DNA of 32,000 nt from Mycobacterium leprae TN (GTDB lineage Bacteria > Actinomycetota > Actinomycetes > Mycobacteriales > Mycobacteriaceae), in NCBI RefSeq assembly GCF_000195855.1, contig NC_002677.1:2820001-2852000 (forward strand). The letters are read 5' to 3'. A model generated the notes under the pieces. It was not told the DNA's origin and did no database searches. It saw only the letters and a program-made list of their open reading frames with translations. The translations under genes were made by a program, and so were the position numbers. Below, in pieces: positions 22,495 through 30,999 of the stretch (the first letter of the stretch is position 1; each line of letters opens with the position of its first letter).

Positions 22495-23687
22495 CGGGTG
22501 GGCCGCAGCAACCGCGATGGACACCGAGCCCGCGTGGTCACACCAGCTAACAGTTAGTCGCTGTACACCAGGGACCGGTCTGGAGGTAATCCAACCGGAG
22601 CAGCCACGGTCAACAACGGTCGAGTGCGGCCCTGTTGCGGCCACCAGAACCAGCGTCCCAGCAGGGCAGCGATCGAGGGCATCATGAACGAGCGCACGAT
22701 CAACGTGTCGAACAATAGACCCAGACCGATGGTGGTACCCACCTGCCCGATCACCCGCAGGTCGCTGACGACCATGGATGCCATCGTGAACGCGAACACC
22801 AGCCCAGCGTTCGTCACGACTTTGCCGGTGCCGCCCATCGAACGGATGATGCCGGTCTTCAATCCGGCCTGGATTTCCTGTTTGAACCGCGACACCAGCA
22901 GCAGGTTGTAGTCAGATCCTACCGCCAACAGCACGATAACCGACATCGCAAGCACCAGATAGTGCAATTCGATACCGAGAATATGCTGCCAGAGCAATAC
23001 GGACAGTCCAAAGGAGGCGCCTAGTGAAAGCGCGACCGTACCCACGATAACAGCGGCGGCTACAAAGGCTCGAGTAATGATCAGCATGATGATGAAAATC
23101 AGGCAAAGCGATGAAATCCCCGCGATCACGAGATCCCAGTTAGCGCCCTCGTCGATGTCCTTGAAGACGGCCGCCGTACCGGCCAGGTAGATCTTGGTGT
23201 CCTCCAATGGGGTGCCCTTGAGAGCCTCCTCGGCTGCCGTGCGTATCGCGTTGATACTCGCGATACCCGCGACGCTGGCGGGATCCCCCCGATGTAAAAT
23301 AATGAAGCGAGCCGCGTGTCCATCCGATGACAGGAATGATTTCATCGCGCGCTTGAAATCGGTGTTCTTGAAGACCTCGGGTGGAAGGTAAAATGAGTCG
23401 TCATTTTTGGCAGTGTCGAATGCCTTCCCCATCGTATTGGCGTTGTCGCTCAGCTCGTTCATCTGATCAAAGATCCCAGACATTGTGCTGTGCATGGTCA
23501 GCATGATGGTGCGCATGCTCTCCATGCTTTCGATCATCGGCGGGAATTGCTCCAACATCTGCGGCATCAGCAGATCCATGTTTTTGATGTCACCAACGAT
23601 CGAGTTCAGTCTCTCGTCGATCTGGTCCACGCCGTCCAGCGCATCGAATATTGATCGAAATGACCAGCATATCGGAATGTTAAAACA
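22495..23687 (-). repeat. Left arm of a 1193-bp perfect inverted repeat (mmpL4 3' 1134 bp + 59 bp downstream)
   Basis: Reverse complement of 28573-29765 (paired coordinates sum to 52260). I compared about 250 nt base by base at both ends. Every six-frame ORF inside the arms is letter-identical between copies: the 388-aa main frame, and 22624..22911=29349..29636, 22912..23106=29154..29348, 23126..23323=28937..29134, 23194..23391=28869..29066. Confidence 0.95.
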
Positions 23688-24899
23688 TGGTATGTTGTGG
23701 TCGGTCTCGATCATTAGCAATTTTGGCTTTATCCGGGCCTGGGAAAAATTCCGGGCAGTGTCGGTAGATTCGATTTTCTCGTGGTGCTTTTAGGAAAATA
23801 ACAGAAATTGTCTTAATTAGTCTTGTACCCAAGCAAATAGAGCAATTCGATAAGAGCAATCACGACAGACATAGCAAGAATTTGCTCAGGCTAACGGTAC
23901 CCACCTGTGGCCATCCACGGGTCCGCAACTTCCGTTTGGGTCTAATAAATGGAAAACTGTCGATAGTAAGGACGGCTCACTTCACCGTGGTCGCCGAGAT
24001 CATGACGACCAGCATTCCTACGGAGCACAGCAAGCCGAGCGTTCGGAAATAGGGCAACCGGGTGAAGCAGAGGCAGTACATAGCATCGGTTATGGTCAGA
24101 CCCGAACCGATGGCAACGTGCGCAGTTCCATGGAACATGGTGTAGAAAGTTTTTCCCCGTCCTTACCGAGAGTGCGTGCCTCTTGAGACCATCTAAGGAC
24201 TAATAGTGCATAGTCAGCTCACGGTTCAATGGCCAGCGGTACAAGCAGATTTACCGCTAAGGTTGTGATAGTCCAATGGTGTTATTATAAGCTGAAAAAT
24301 GATACCTTGCCGGGCCACCATGAGCTCAATTACCACCATCACGAGGGTCAGGTTCACCTGAACAACAGAACAGTAGACAAAAAGCAACATAACAATGTCC
24401 ACTAGGAAGGTGATCATCGTGACTTGTTGAACCCTGTGCTCACCCGCCGTTGACTGATCGGCACCGGCTGGAACCGCACCACCGATCATGTAGGCCTTGA
24501 TGTCCGACAGCGCCGGCGTGCCGTTCACGATTTGTTGGACAGACTCGTTGGCTAAGTTTTTGCCCTGGTTACTGGCCAGATACATTTGCACATAGACCGC
24601 TTGATTGTCCGAGCTTTGCGACCCGGCCACCGTCAATGGGTCCTCCAGCAGTTTTGTGACGTGCTGAGTCTGCTTTTATCCACCAAGACGTCCGGATTAA
24701 CTCGCTGTATTATTTATTATCGTGGTGGGTCTCATCGTCAATCTGTTTTGTCGTCTTTTAGGACGATAATAATAGCACTGTCGGTGTTGAACTTATTGAA
24801 CATTTGGCTGGCCCGCTTCATCGCCTGCATGGCCGGTGTATCGTTGGTGGTCATTGATACCGTATGTTCTTTTCCGACGGTTGTGGCACGGGTTTACCG
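22554..24899 (-). pseudogene. Second mmpL-family RND transporter gene, mosaic pseudogene: decayed 5' two-thirds joined to a pristine 3' third identical to mmpL4
   Basis: Reverse-strand fragments with stops and frameshifts: VGKEHTVSMTTNDTPAMQAMKRASQMFNKFNTDSAIIIVLKDDKTD* (compare MmpL4 [45 protein letters not shown]); ORF 24226..24636 (AVYVQMYLASNQG...); [34 protein letters not shown]; LRTRGWPQVGTV; [12 protein letters not shown]. It lacks the first roughly 48 codons and about 400 bp equivalent to mmpL4 28172-28572. From 23687 downstream it is identical to mmpL4. Confidence 0.85.
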
Positions 24900-25210
24900 A
24901 CGGAAAGTGTTGTGGTCGACCGAAAGCGTCCAGGGCAGCGTCGGATTAACTTACCCGTTACAGTTGGGCATATATATATATATATATATTGGCGTTGGCC
25001 ACAGTACTGGCGGGGCCATAAAATTAGTGGACTAAGTGTTTGGTATTAAACGGCTGGGATGTCAGCGGAAAGCCATTGGTAACCGCCTTGTTGTCGTGAA
25101 AGTAAAAGAAGAAGCTGCGGAGCAGATAAACACCGAACTCCATTACTGCAACCACGATCACGATCCGCACTTCTCGCTCCGCGACAGCAACCGGAATCTT
25201 GGCCACTCAA
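24900..25210 (-). pseudogene. mmpS-family pseudogene (partner of the decayed mmpL), 3' part deleted
   Basis: ORF 25024..25206: VRIVIVVAVMEFGVYLLRSFFFYFHDNKAVTNGFPLTSQPFNTKHLV (compare MmpS4 here: [27 protein letters not shown]...[14 protein letters not shown]). Further down, PTLPWTLSVDHNT (compare [12 protein letters not shown]). It then fuses directly to mmpL-like sequence. Confidence 0.65.
24970..24989. repeat. (AT)10 dinucleotide microsatellite
   Basis: atatatatatatatatatat read directly from the sequence, inside the mmpS pseudogene. Confidence 0.95.
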
Positions 25211-25399
25211 TCGTCTTTCACTTATTTGGCGCCCCATTGCTCGTGCGACCGCTTTAACCATCGTTTGCCCCCGCATTGGCATCAGCCGAAACCGTTCCTG
25301 TCCCAGATAAGAAAGCCCGCTAAAATGCCCCTCACCTGAACGTCGCACAAGGCACCGGTGGTCAACGTCCATTTGCTTCGCCACAGCACAACGTCTGTT

Positions 25400-26079
25400 T
25401 CTGCTCACTGCGATTCGGCGATGAGGCCAAGGCAAGTAGCAGTGAGAAATCGAGTCAGCGCTGTGGCAAAGTCAAGGTTTCACTCGGATGGGAGGATCTC
25501 CGGTTATCCGGCATAAGCGTCAGTGAGCTGCTCTGGGGGTGCGCGATTTGCCACACGGTAGCCGCCAGAGAACAGGCAGCCAGCAAGTATGTCTAATGCA
25601 CCCGAACGCCCGAGCACGGGCAACATGTTGCTGGATTGCGTACGCCAAGGTAATCACGGCAGTGGTACTGGCCCACTTGACCTCGACGTCCACTTCGTGT
25701 TCAAGATGCAGTGCAGATTGGCGAGCAAATCGCAGAACAGCGCCCAGGACGTTGGCCAACGTCTCAGCGATCCGCGATGGTGACCTCGGACCGGATTTCG
25801 CCGACGTTTCACACACCGTATTCGACCAACGTATCCCACCCTCGGCGGCGAGGTATAGCAGTACTTCATTTATATTTATAGTTTATGTTTATAAGAGGTG
25901 AAGTAGCGACGCACCGCGGAGTAATGAATTCCGGCATGGCCGGCGTCAGCAGTCAACGTCACCGAAGTCACACCGGTCTCAAGCGCCAGTGGGCATGCGG
26001 TTTCCACGACCGCGGCCGGCCGTTGACGCTTGTTTCCCTCGGTACGGGAGCGCTGGAACGTAAGTTGTGCCACCACCAT
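25400..26079 (-). pseudogene. TetR-family transcriptional regulator pseudogene, divergent from mmpS4 (Rv0452-like)
   Basis: ORF 25876..26079 contains the TetR HTH region (RPAAVVETACPLALETGVTSVTLTADAGHAGIHYSAVRRYFTS) and then stops. The C-terminal-domain-like ORF 25520..25816 is in a different frame. There is therefore at least one frameshift plus a stop. Confidence 0.7.
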
Positions 26080-26365
26080 AGGAATAATTCACAGAATGTG
26101 ATTTGCATAACGCACGGGCATGATTTGCCAGCGGCACAGCAGTGCGCCGTTACGCATGATATATGCGTTACTCTTTCCAAGAGCCCGGCAGGAAGGAAGC
26201 AACAAGGCCCCGTGATTTACTTTGGCAAGACTTGATTGTACTCCGGCCCAAACGCCTTCGGTTCGAACCGACCATCACAAAGGTGTGGCGATCTGAGCTT
26301 GTGGTCCGGGTAGTCCGGCACCACGATCTGAAGTTGAACTTGGTCGAGCGGACATCGGGCCGTCA
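26080..26365. promoter_or_regulatory. Divergent control region between the TetR pseudogene and mmpS4, with operator-like palindromes
   Basis: AATTCACAgaaTGTGATTT (26086-26104; 7 of 8 arm positions pair) starts 7 bp upstream of the TetR start codon. ACGCATgatatATGCGT (26152-26168) has 6-bp perfect arms. No promoter hexamers assigned. Confidence 0.3.
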
Positions 26366-26830
26366 ATGTCCAAACGCCAACGGGGTAAGGGGATTTCAAT
26401 TTTCAAGCTGTTGTCACGAATTTGGATTCCACTTGTCATCCTTGTGGTGCTCGTGGTTGGGGGATTCGTAGTGTACCGTGTCCACAGTTATTTCGCCTCC
26501 GAGAAACGCGAATCCTACGCAGATAGCAACCTGGGAAGCAGCAAGCCGTTCAACCCCAAGCAGATTGTTTACGAGGTCTTCGGCCCACCCGGAACGGTTG
26601 CAGATATCAGCTATTTCGATGCTAATTCCGACCCCCAGCGAATCGATGGGGCACAATTGCCATGGTCGTTACTTATGACCACGACCTTGGCCGCAGTGAT
26701 GGGAAACCTCGTGGCTCAGGGCAATACTGATAGTATCGGCTGCCGGATCATCGTGGACGGCGTAGTCAAAGCTGAGCGAGTTTCCAACGAAGTCAACGCC
26801 TACACCTACTGCCTGGTGAAGTCCGCGTGA
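26366..26830 (+). CDS. mmpS4: MmpS4 accessory protein of the MmpL4 RND transporter
   Basis: Intact 154-aa ORF: [26 protein letters not shown]...[44 protein letters not shown]...[41 protein letters not shown]. Near-colinear with my recollection of M. tuberculosis MmpS4. Its stop overlaps the mmpL4 GTG start (GTGA, 26827-26830). The N-terminal about 15 aa may be an over-extension. Confidence 0.9.
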   Translation: MSKRQRGKGISIFKLLSRIWIPLVILVVLVVGGFVVYRVHSYFASEKRESYADSNLGSSKPFNPKQIVYEVFGPPGTVADISYFDANSDPQRIDGAQLPWSLLMTTTLAAVMGNLVAQGNTDSIGCRIIVDGVVKAERVSNEVNAYTYCLVKSA

Positions 26831-29706
26831 CGGTCAAATGCGCGAACGACCTGGACACCCACACCAAGCCACCGTTCGTCGCAAGGATGATCCACAGATT
26901 TGCGGTACCGATCATCTTGGTATGGTTAGCCATTGCCGTCACCGTTAGTGTCTTTATCCCATCACTAGAAGACGTTGGGCAAGAGCGTTCAGTGTCGCTA
27001 AGCCCTAAGGACGCACCGTCGTACATTGCGATGCAGAAGATGGGTCAGGTCTTCAACGAAGGAAACTCCGACAGTGTAATAATGATCGTCCTGGAAGGCG
27101 ATAAGCCGCTCGGTGACGATGCTCACAGATTTTACGATGGCCTGATTCGCAAGTTGCGGGCAGACAAGCACGTGCAAAGCGTTCAAGACTTTTGGGGGGA
27201 TCCTCTTACCGCGCCCGGCGCCCAAAGCAATGACGGTAAGGCCGCCTATGTCCAATTGAGTCTAGCGGGTAACCAAGGTGAGTTGCTGGCTCAAGAATCC
27301 ATCGATGCGGTCCGCAAAATCGTCGTGCAGACGCCTGCGCCTCCCGGAATAACGGCTTGGGTCACTGGAGCGTCAGCCTTGATCGCGGACATGCATCATA
27401 GTGGCGACAAATCCATGATCCGGATCACCGCAACGAGTGTGATCGTGATTTTGGTGACGTTGCTGCTCGTCTATCGATCGTTCATCACCGTGATTCTGCT
27501 GCTTTTCACGGTCGGGATCGAATCGGCGGTGGCGCGGGGAGTCGTCGCGTTGCTCGGACATACCGGGCTCATCGGTCTGTCCACCTTCGCGGTGAATCTG
27601 CTCACATCCTTGGCCATCGCGGCGGGCACTGACTACGGGATATTTATCACTGGGCGCTACCAGGAGGCCCGCCAGGCCAACGAAAACAAAGAAGCGGCCT
27701 TCTACACTATGTACCGGGGAACTTTCCACGTCATCTTAGGCTCTGGGTTGACAATCTCCGGGGCGACGTTTTGCCTCAGCTTCGCCCGGATGCCCTATTT
27801 CCAAACTTTGGGTGTCCCGTGCGCGGTGGGGATGCTCATCGCCGTGGCGGTCGCACTCACCCTCGGACCGGCGGTGTTGACGGTCGGCAGCCGTTTCGGT
27901 CTGTTTGAACCCAAAAGGCTGATCAAGGTCCGTGGCTGGCGACGGATCGGCACCGTGGTGGTCCGCTGGCCGCTGCCCATTCTCATCACCACCTGCGCTA
28001 TCGCCATGGTCGGTCTGCTGGCTCTGCCCGGATACCGGACTAACTACAAGGACCGGGCGTATCTTCCTGCGTCCATCCCCGCCAACCAAGGATTTGCCGC
28101 CGCGGATCGCCATTTCCCACAGGCCCGGATGAAGCCCGAAATTTTAATGATCGAGTCGGATCATGATATGCGAAATCCGGCCGACTTTTTGATCCTGGAC
28201 AAGCTGGCCAGGGGAATCTTTCGTGTTCCAGGAATTTCCCGGGTCCAGGCGATAACCAGACCCGACGGAACGGCAATGGATCATACTTCGATACCATTTC
28301 AGATAAGCATGCAAAATGCCGGACAAGTACAAACCATGAAGTATCAGAAGGACCGGATGAATGACCTTCTAAGACAGGCAGAAAATATGGCCGAAACGAT
28401 TGCTTCGATGAGGCGTATGCATCAATTAATGGCGTTGCTCACAGAAAATACTCACCACATTTTAAACGACACTGTAGAAATGCAAAAAACTACCAGCAAG
28501 TTGCGTGATGAAATAGCTAATTTTGATGATTTCTGGCGACCGATTCGTAGCTATTTCTACTGGGAAAGACATTGTTTTAACATTCCGATATGCTGGTCAT
28601 TTCGATCAATATTCGATGCGCTGGACGGCGTGGACCAGATCGACGAGAGACTGAACTCGATCGTTGGTGACATCAAAAACATGGATCTGCTGATGCCGCA
28701 GATGTTGGAGCAATTCCCGCCGATGATCGAAAGCATGGAGAGCATGCGCACCATCATGCTGACCATGCACAGCACAATGTCTGGGATCTTTGATCAGATG
28801 AACGAGCTGAGCGACAACGCCAATACGATGGGGAAGGCATTCGACACTGCCAAAAATGACGACTCATTTTACCTTCCACCCGAGGTCTTCAAGAACACCG
28901 ATTTCAAGCGCGCGATGAAATCATTCCTGTCATCGGATGGACACGCGGCTCGCTTCATTATTTTACATCGGGGGGATCCCGCCAGCGTCGCGGGTATCGC
29001 GAGTATCAACGCGATACGCACGGCAGCCGAGGAGGCTCTCAAGGGCACCCCATTGGAGGACACCAAGATCTACCTGGCCGGTACGGCGGCCGTCTTCAAG
29101 GACATCGACGAGGGCGCTAACTGGGATCTCGTGATCGCGGGGATTTCATCGCTTTGCCTGATTTTCATCATCATGCTGATCATTACTCGAGCCTTTGTAG
29201 CCGCCGCTGTTATCGTGGGTACGGTCGCGCTTTCACTAGGCGCCTCCTTTGGACTGTCCGTATTGCTCTGGCAGCATATTCTCGGTATCGAATTGCACTA
29301 TCTGGTGCTTGCGATGTCGGTTATCGTGCTGTTGGCGGTAGGATCTGACTACAACCTGCTGCTGGTGTCGCGGTTCAAACAGGAAATCCAGGCCGGATTG
29401 AAGACCGGCATCATCCGTTCGATGGGCGGCACCGGCAAAGTCGTGACGAACGCTGGGCTGGTGTTCGCGTTCACGATGGCATCCATGGTCGTCAGCGACC
29501 TGCGGGTGATCGGGCAGGTGGGTACCACCATCGGTCTGGGTCTATTGTTCGACACGTTGATCGTGCGCTCGTTCATGATGCCCTCGATCGCTGCCCTGCT
29601 GGGACGCTGGTTCTGGTGGCCGCAACAGGGCCGCACTCGACCGTTGTTGACCGTGGCTGCTCCGGTTGGATTACCTCCAGACCGGTCCCTGGTGTACAGC
29701 GACTAA
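26827..29706 (+). CDS. mmpL4: MmpL4 RND-family inner-membrane transporter (siderophore exporter in M. tuberculosis), 959 aa, intact
   Basis: Uninterrupted 959-aa ORF with MmpL hallmarks throughout: [141 protein letters not shown]. Translationally coupled to mmpS4. Confidence 0.93.
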   Translation: MTVKCANDLDTHTKPPFVARMIHRFAVPIILVWLAIAVTVSVFIPSLEDVGQERSVSLSPKDAPSYIAMQKMGQVFNEGNSDSVIMIVLEGDKPLGDDAHRFYDGLIRKLRADKHVQSVQDFWGDPLTAPGAQSNDGKAAYVQLSLAGNQGELLAQESIDAVRKIVVQTPAPPGITAWVTGASALIADMHHSGDKSMIRITATSVIVILVTLLLVYRSFITVILLLFTVGIESAVARGVVALLGHTGLIGLSTFAVNLLTSLAIAAGTDYGIFITGRYQEARQANENKEAAFYTMYRGTFHVILGSGLTISGATFCLSFARMPYFQTLGVPCAVGMLIAVAVALTLGPAVLTVGSRFGLFEPKRLIKVRGWRRIGTVVVRWPLPILITTCAIAMVGLLALPGYRTNYKDRAYLPASIPANQGFAAADRHFPQARMKPEILMIESDHDMRNPADFLILDKLARGIFRVPGISRVQAITRPDGTAMDHTSIPFQISMQNAGQVQTMKYQKDRMNDLLRQAENMAETIASMRRMHQLMALLTENTHHILNDTVEMQKTTSKLRDEIANFDDFWRPIRSYFYWERHCFNIPICWSFRSIFDALDGVDQIDERLNSIVGDIKNMDLLMPQMLEQFPPMIESMESMRTIMLTMHSTMSGIFDQMNELSDNANTMGKAFDTAKNDDSFYLPPEVFKNTDFKRAMKSFLSSDGHAARFIILHRGDPASVAGIASINAIRTAAEEALKGTPLEDTKIYLAGTAAVFKDIDEGANWDLVIAGISSLCLIFIIMLIITRAFVAAAVIVGTVALSLGASFGLSVLLWQHILGIELHYLVLAMSVIVLLAVGSDYNLLLVSRFKQEIQAGLKTGIIRSMGGTGKVVTNAGLVFAFTMASMVVSDLRVIGQVGTTIGLGLLFDTLIVRSFMMPSIAALLGRWFWWPQQGRTRPLLTVAAPVGLPPDRSLVYSD

Positions 29707-29765
29707 CTGTTAGCTGGTGTGACCACGCGGGCTCGGTGTCCATCGCGGTTGCTGCGGCCCACCCG
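28573..29765 (+). repeat. Right arm of the 1193-bp perfect inverted repeat (3' 1134 bp of mmpL4 + 59 bp downstream)
   Basis: See the left arm. Inner boundary: identity starts at TGTTTTAACATTCCGAT (28573); the preceding bases differ (right ...gacat, left rc ...tacca). Outer boundary: identity ends after ...GCGGCCCACCCG (29765); the next bases are gtggttcatgc on the right versus taatctcaccc on the left rc. Confidence 0.95.
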
Positions 29766-29879
29766 GTGGTTCATGCACTGCCGCTGCCCAGGAATGAGAA
29801 AATAGCCGGCGCCGCAAACACCGGTCGACTCCTGGCAGCCATACTGCACTAATGACGGTAAGTGCGGTTAAAAACCATG

Positions 29880-30350
29880 TCAGCTGGCTAACCGCACGGT
29901 GTTGCGAATGATGTCGCGCAGCTCGTGCAACGGCGCCCCGCACGTCAAACAATATGCACCCCGGTGGCGAGTCAGTTTGCTGACCTGCCGCAGCACGACG
30001 AGCCTGAGGCTGCGCACACAGCAGAGGCACAAGATGTCGACGATGTTTCCGCCCAGGTCCAGATTCGGATTGCTGCATTCATCTACGGCGTGCCGGTGCA
30101 CGATATGGGTAGCCGGATTGGTGCAGCCCGCTTCCGATTGGCACGTGAGCTGATGCCAATCGAGGGAAGCAAGCGTGTCCGGGATCTTGTTACCAGGTAC
30201 TTGGCTCATGTGACAAGCATTGTCTCGCCCGCACCAAGCTGCATCGGCGCGGAGCCGGTCGTGATTCCATAACCGATAACTGTGATGAGCACGATCTAAA
30301 TCCTCACGGTAAGCAGTTCGGCAAGCGCACCAAGGCATGATAACTGCCAC
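29880..30350 (-). CDS. Hypothetical Cys/His-rich protein (156-aa ORF; a 109-aa version from ATG at 30209 is equally possible)
   Basis: Uninterrupted ORF with high third-position GC (about 75% by my count from Met48 onward), which is coding-like for this genome. Cys/His pattern: CQSEAGC...HIVHRH..DEC...CLCC...YCLTCG. I cannot assign a family from memory. Confidence 0.45.
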   Translation of the reverse strand: MAVIMPWCACRTAYREDLDRAHHSYRLWNHDRLRADAAWCGRDNACHMSQVPGNKIPDTLASLDWHQLTCQSEAGCTNPATHIVHRHAVDECSNPNLDLGGNIVDILCLCCVRSLRLVVLRQVSKLTRHRGAYCLTCGAPLHELRDIIRNTVRLAS

Positions 30351-30482
30351 TTCTTCCTGCCGACCCGGCGGGCTCGCGCCGCCGAATAGCTTAATTTAGA
30401 TTATCCTCCTATTGGGCATTGGGGGACAACACGAATCGGTCCGACTCGGCGGGTAAAGCGCCAAATCGCGACTAGAACAGGA

Positions 30483-30944
30483 CTACGGCCAGTTCCACAC
30501 CGACATGTCTCCGGCCTGGTACTGGTTGCAAACCTCGGTGGCTTTGGCGACAACGCCCTTGTTATTGAAGAAAATCTTCGCCCAGTTTCCCCAATGCGTG
30601 GCCATCTGCTCGTAGTAGACGTTTGTAGCGGTGTCCTCGGAATACTGCCTACGGTCGGTGGGGCTCAAGGAATAGAACCAATGGATACGATTGACCGCGG
30701 CCTGCTGGATGTCAGTCGGCTTGTTGTGCATATCGATCATGTACCGCTGGTAGTAGATCGGGCTGGTATCCCTGACGGCCGCCAAATACTGCTCTGCATC
30801 ACAGGTGGTGGCGATTTGCCTGCGGGGGATCGGAAAATCCTCCGTGGAACCATCGGCAACGGCGGTCGTCGGAAATGCCACAGGAATGATACCGAAAACG
30901 AGAAAAACAGCACCTTTACATAGGCTGGTGCTCAGCCGAGACAT
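30483..30944 (-). CDS. Secreted/periplasmic protein homologous to M. tuberculosis Rv0455c (required there for siderophore secretion)
   Basis: ORF 30483..30995 trimmed to [30 protein letters not shown] (signal peptide). Mature part: [44 protein letters not shown]...[31 protein letters not shown]. This matches my recollection of Rv0455c almost block for block. Intact. Confidence 0.8.
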   Translation of the reverse strand: MSRLSTSLCKGAVFLVFGIIPVAFPTTAVADGSTEDFPIPRRQIATTCDAEQYLAAVRDTSPIYYQRYMIDMHNKPTDIQQAAVNRIHWFYSLSPTDRRQYSEDTATNVYYEQMATHWGNWAKIFFNNKGVVAKATEVCNQYQAGDMSVWNWP

Positions 30945-30999
30945 GGTGATTAACCGTAACCCTTTCGGGGTTTTGAAGTAGTGCTTCGACAGCAAGTTA

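Noticed and set aside
22624-23391. Alternate-frame ORFs inside the repeat arms (95, 64, 65 and 65 aa), mirrored at 28869..29636
   Set aside because: They are shadow ORFs of the mmpL reading frame. They are useful only as evidence that the two arms are nucleotide-identical.
25855-25900. An AT-rich patch (tttatatttatagtttatgtttataag) at the frame break of the TetR pseudogene, considered as a small insertion
   Set aside because: The reverse-strand translation continues the TetR helix (RRYFTSYKHKL, compare YRYFxSKEEL), so it is decayed coding sequence rather than inserted DNA.
26259-26270. CGGTTCGAACCG, which superficially resembles a tRNA T-arm (GGTTCGAA)
   Set aside because: It is just a 12-bp self-complementary palindrome. 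No acceptor, D or anticodon arms can be folded around it. I found no tRNA or rRNA anywhere in the window.
26080-26365. Search for an IdeR iron box (TTAGGTTAGGCTAACCTAA-like) upstream of mmpS4
   Set aside because: I could not see a convincing match by eye. Only the two unrelated palindromes reported above are present. A matrix scan would be needed for a definitive negative.
28330-28560. An AT-rich stretch inside mmpL4, considered as a possible foreign insertion
   Set aside because: It is in frame and encodes the helical segment ([64 protein letters not shown]) that MmpL4/5-type proteins carry in the periplasmic domain. It is a composition effect only.
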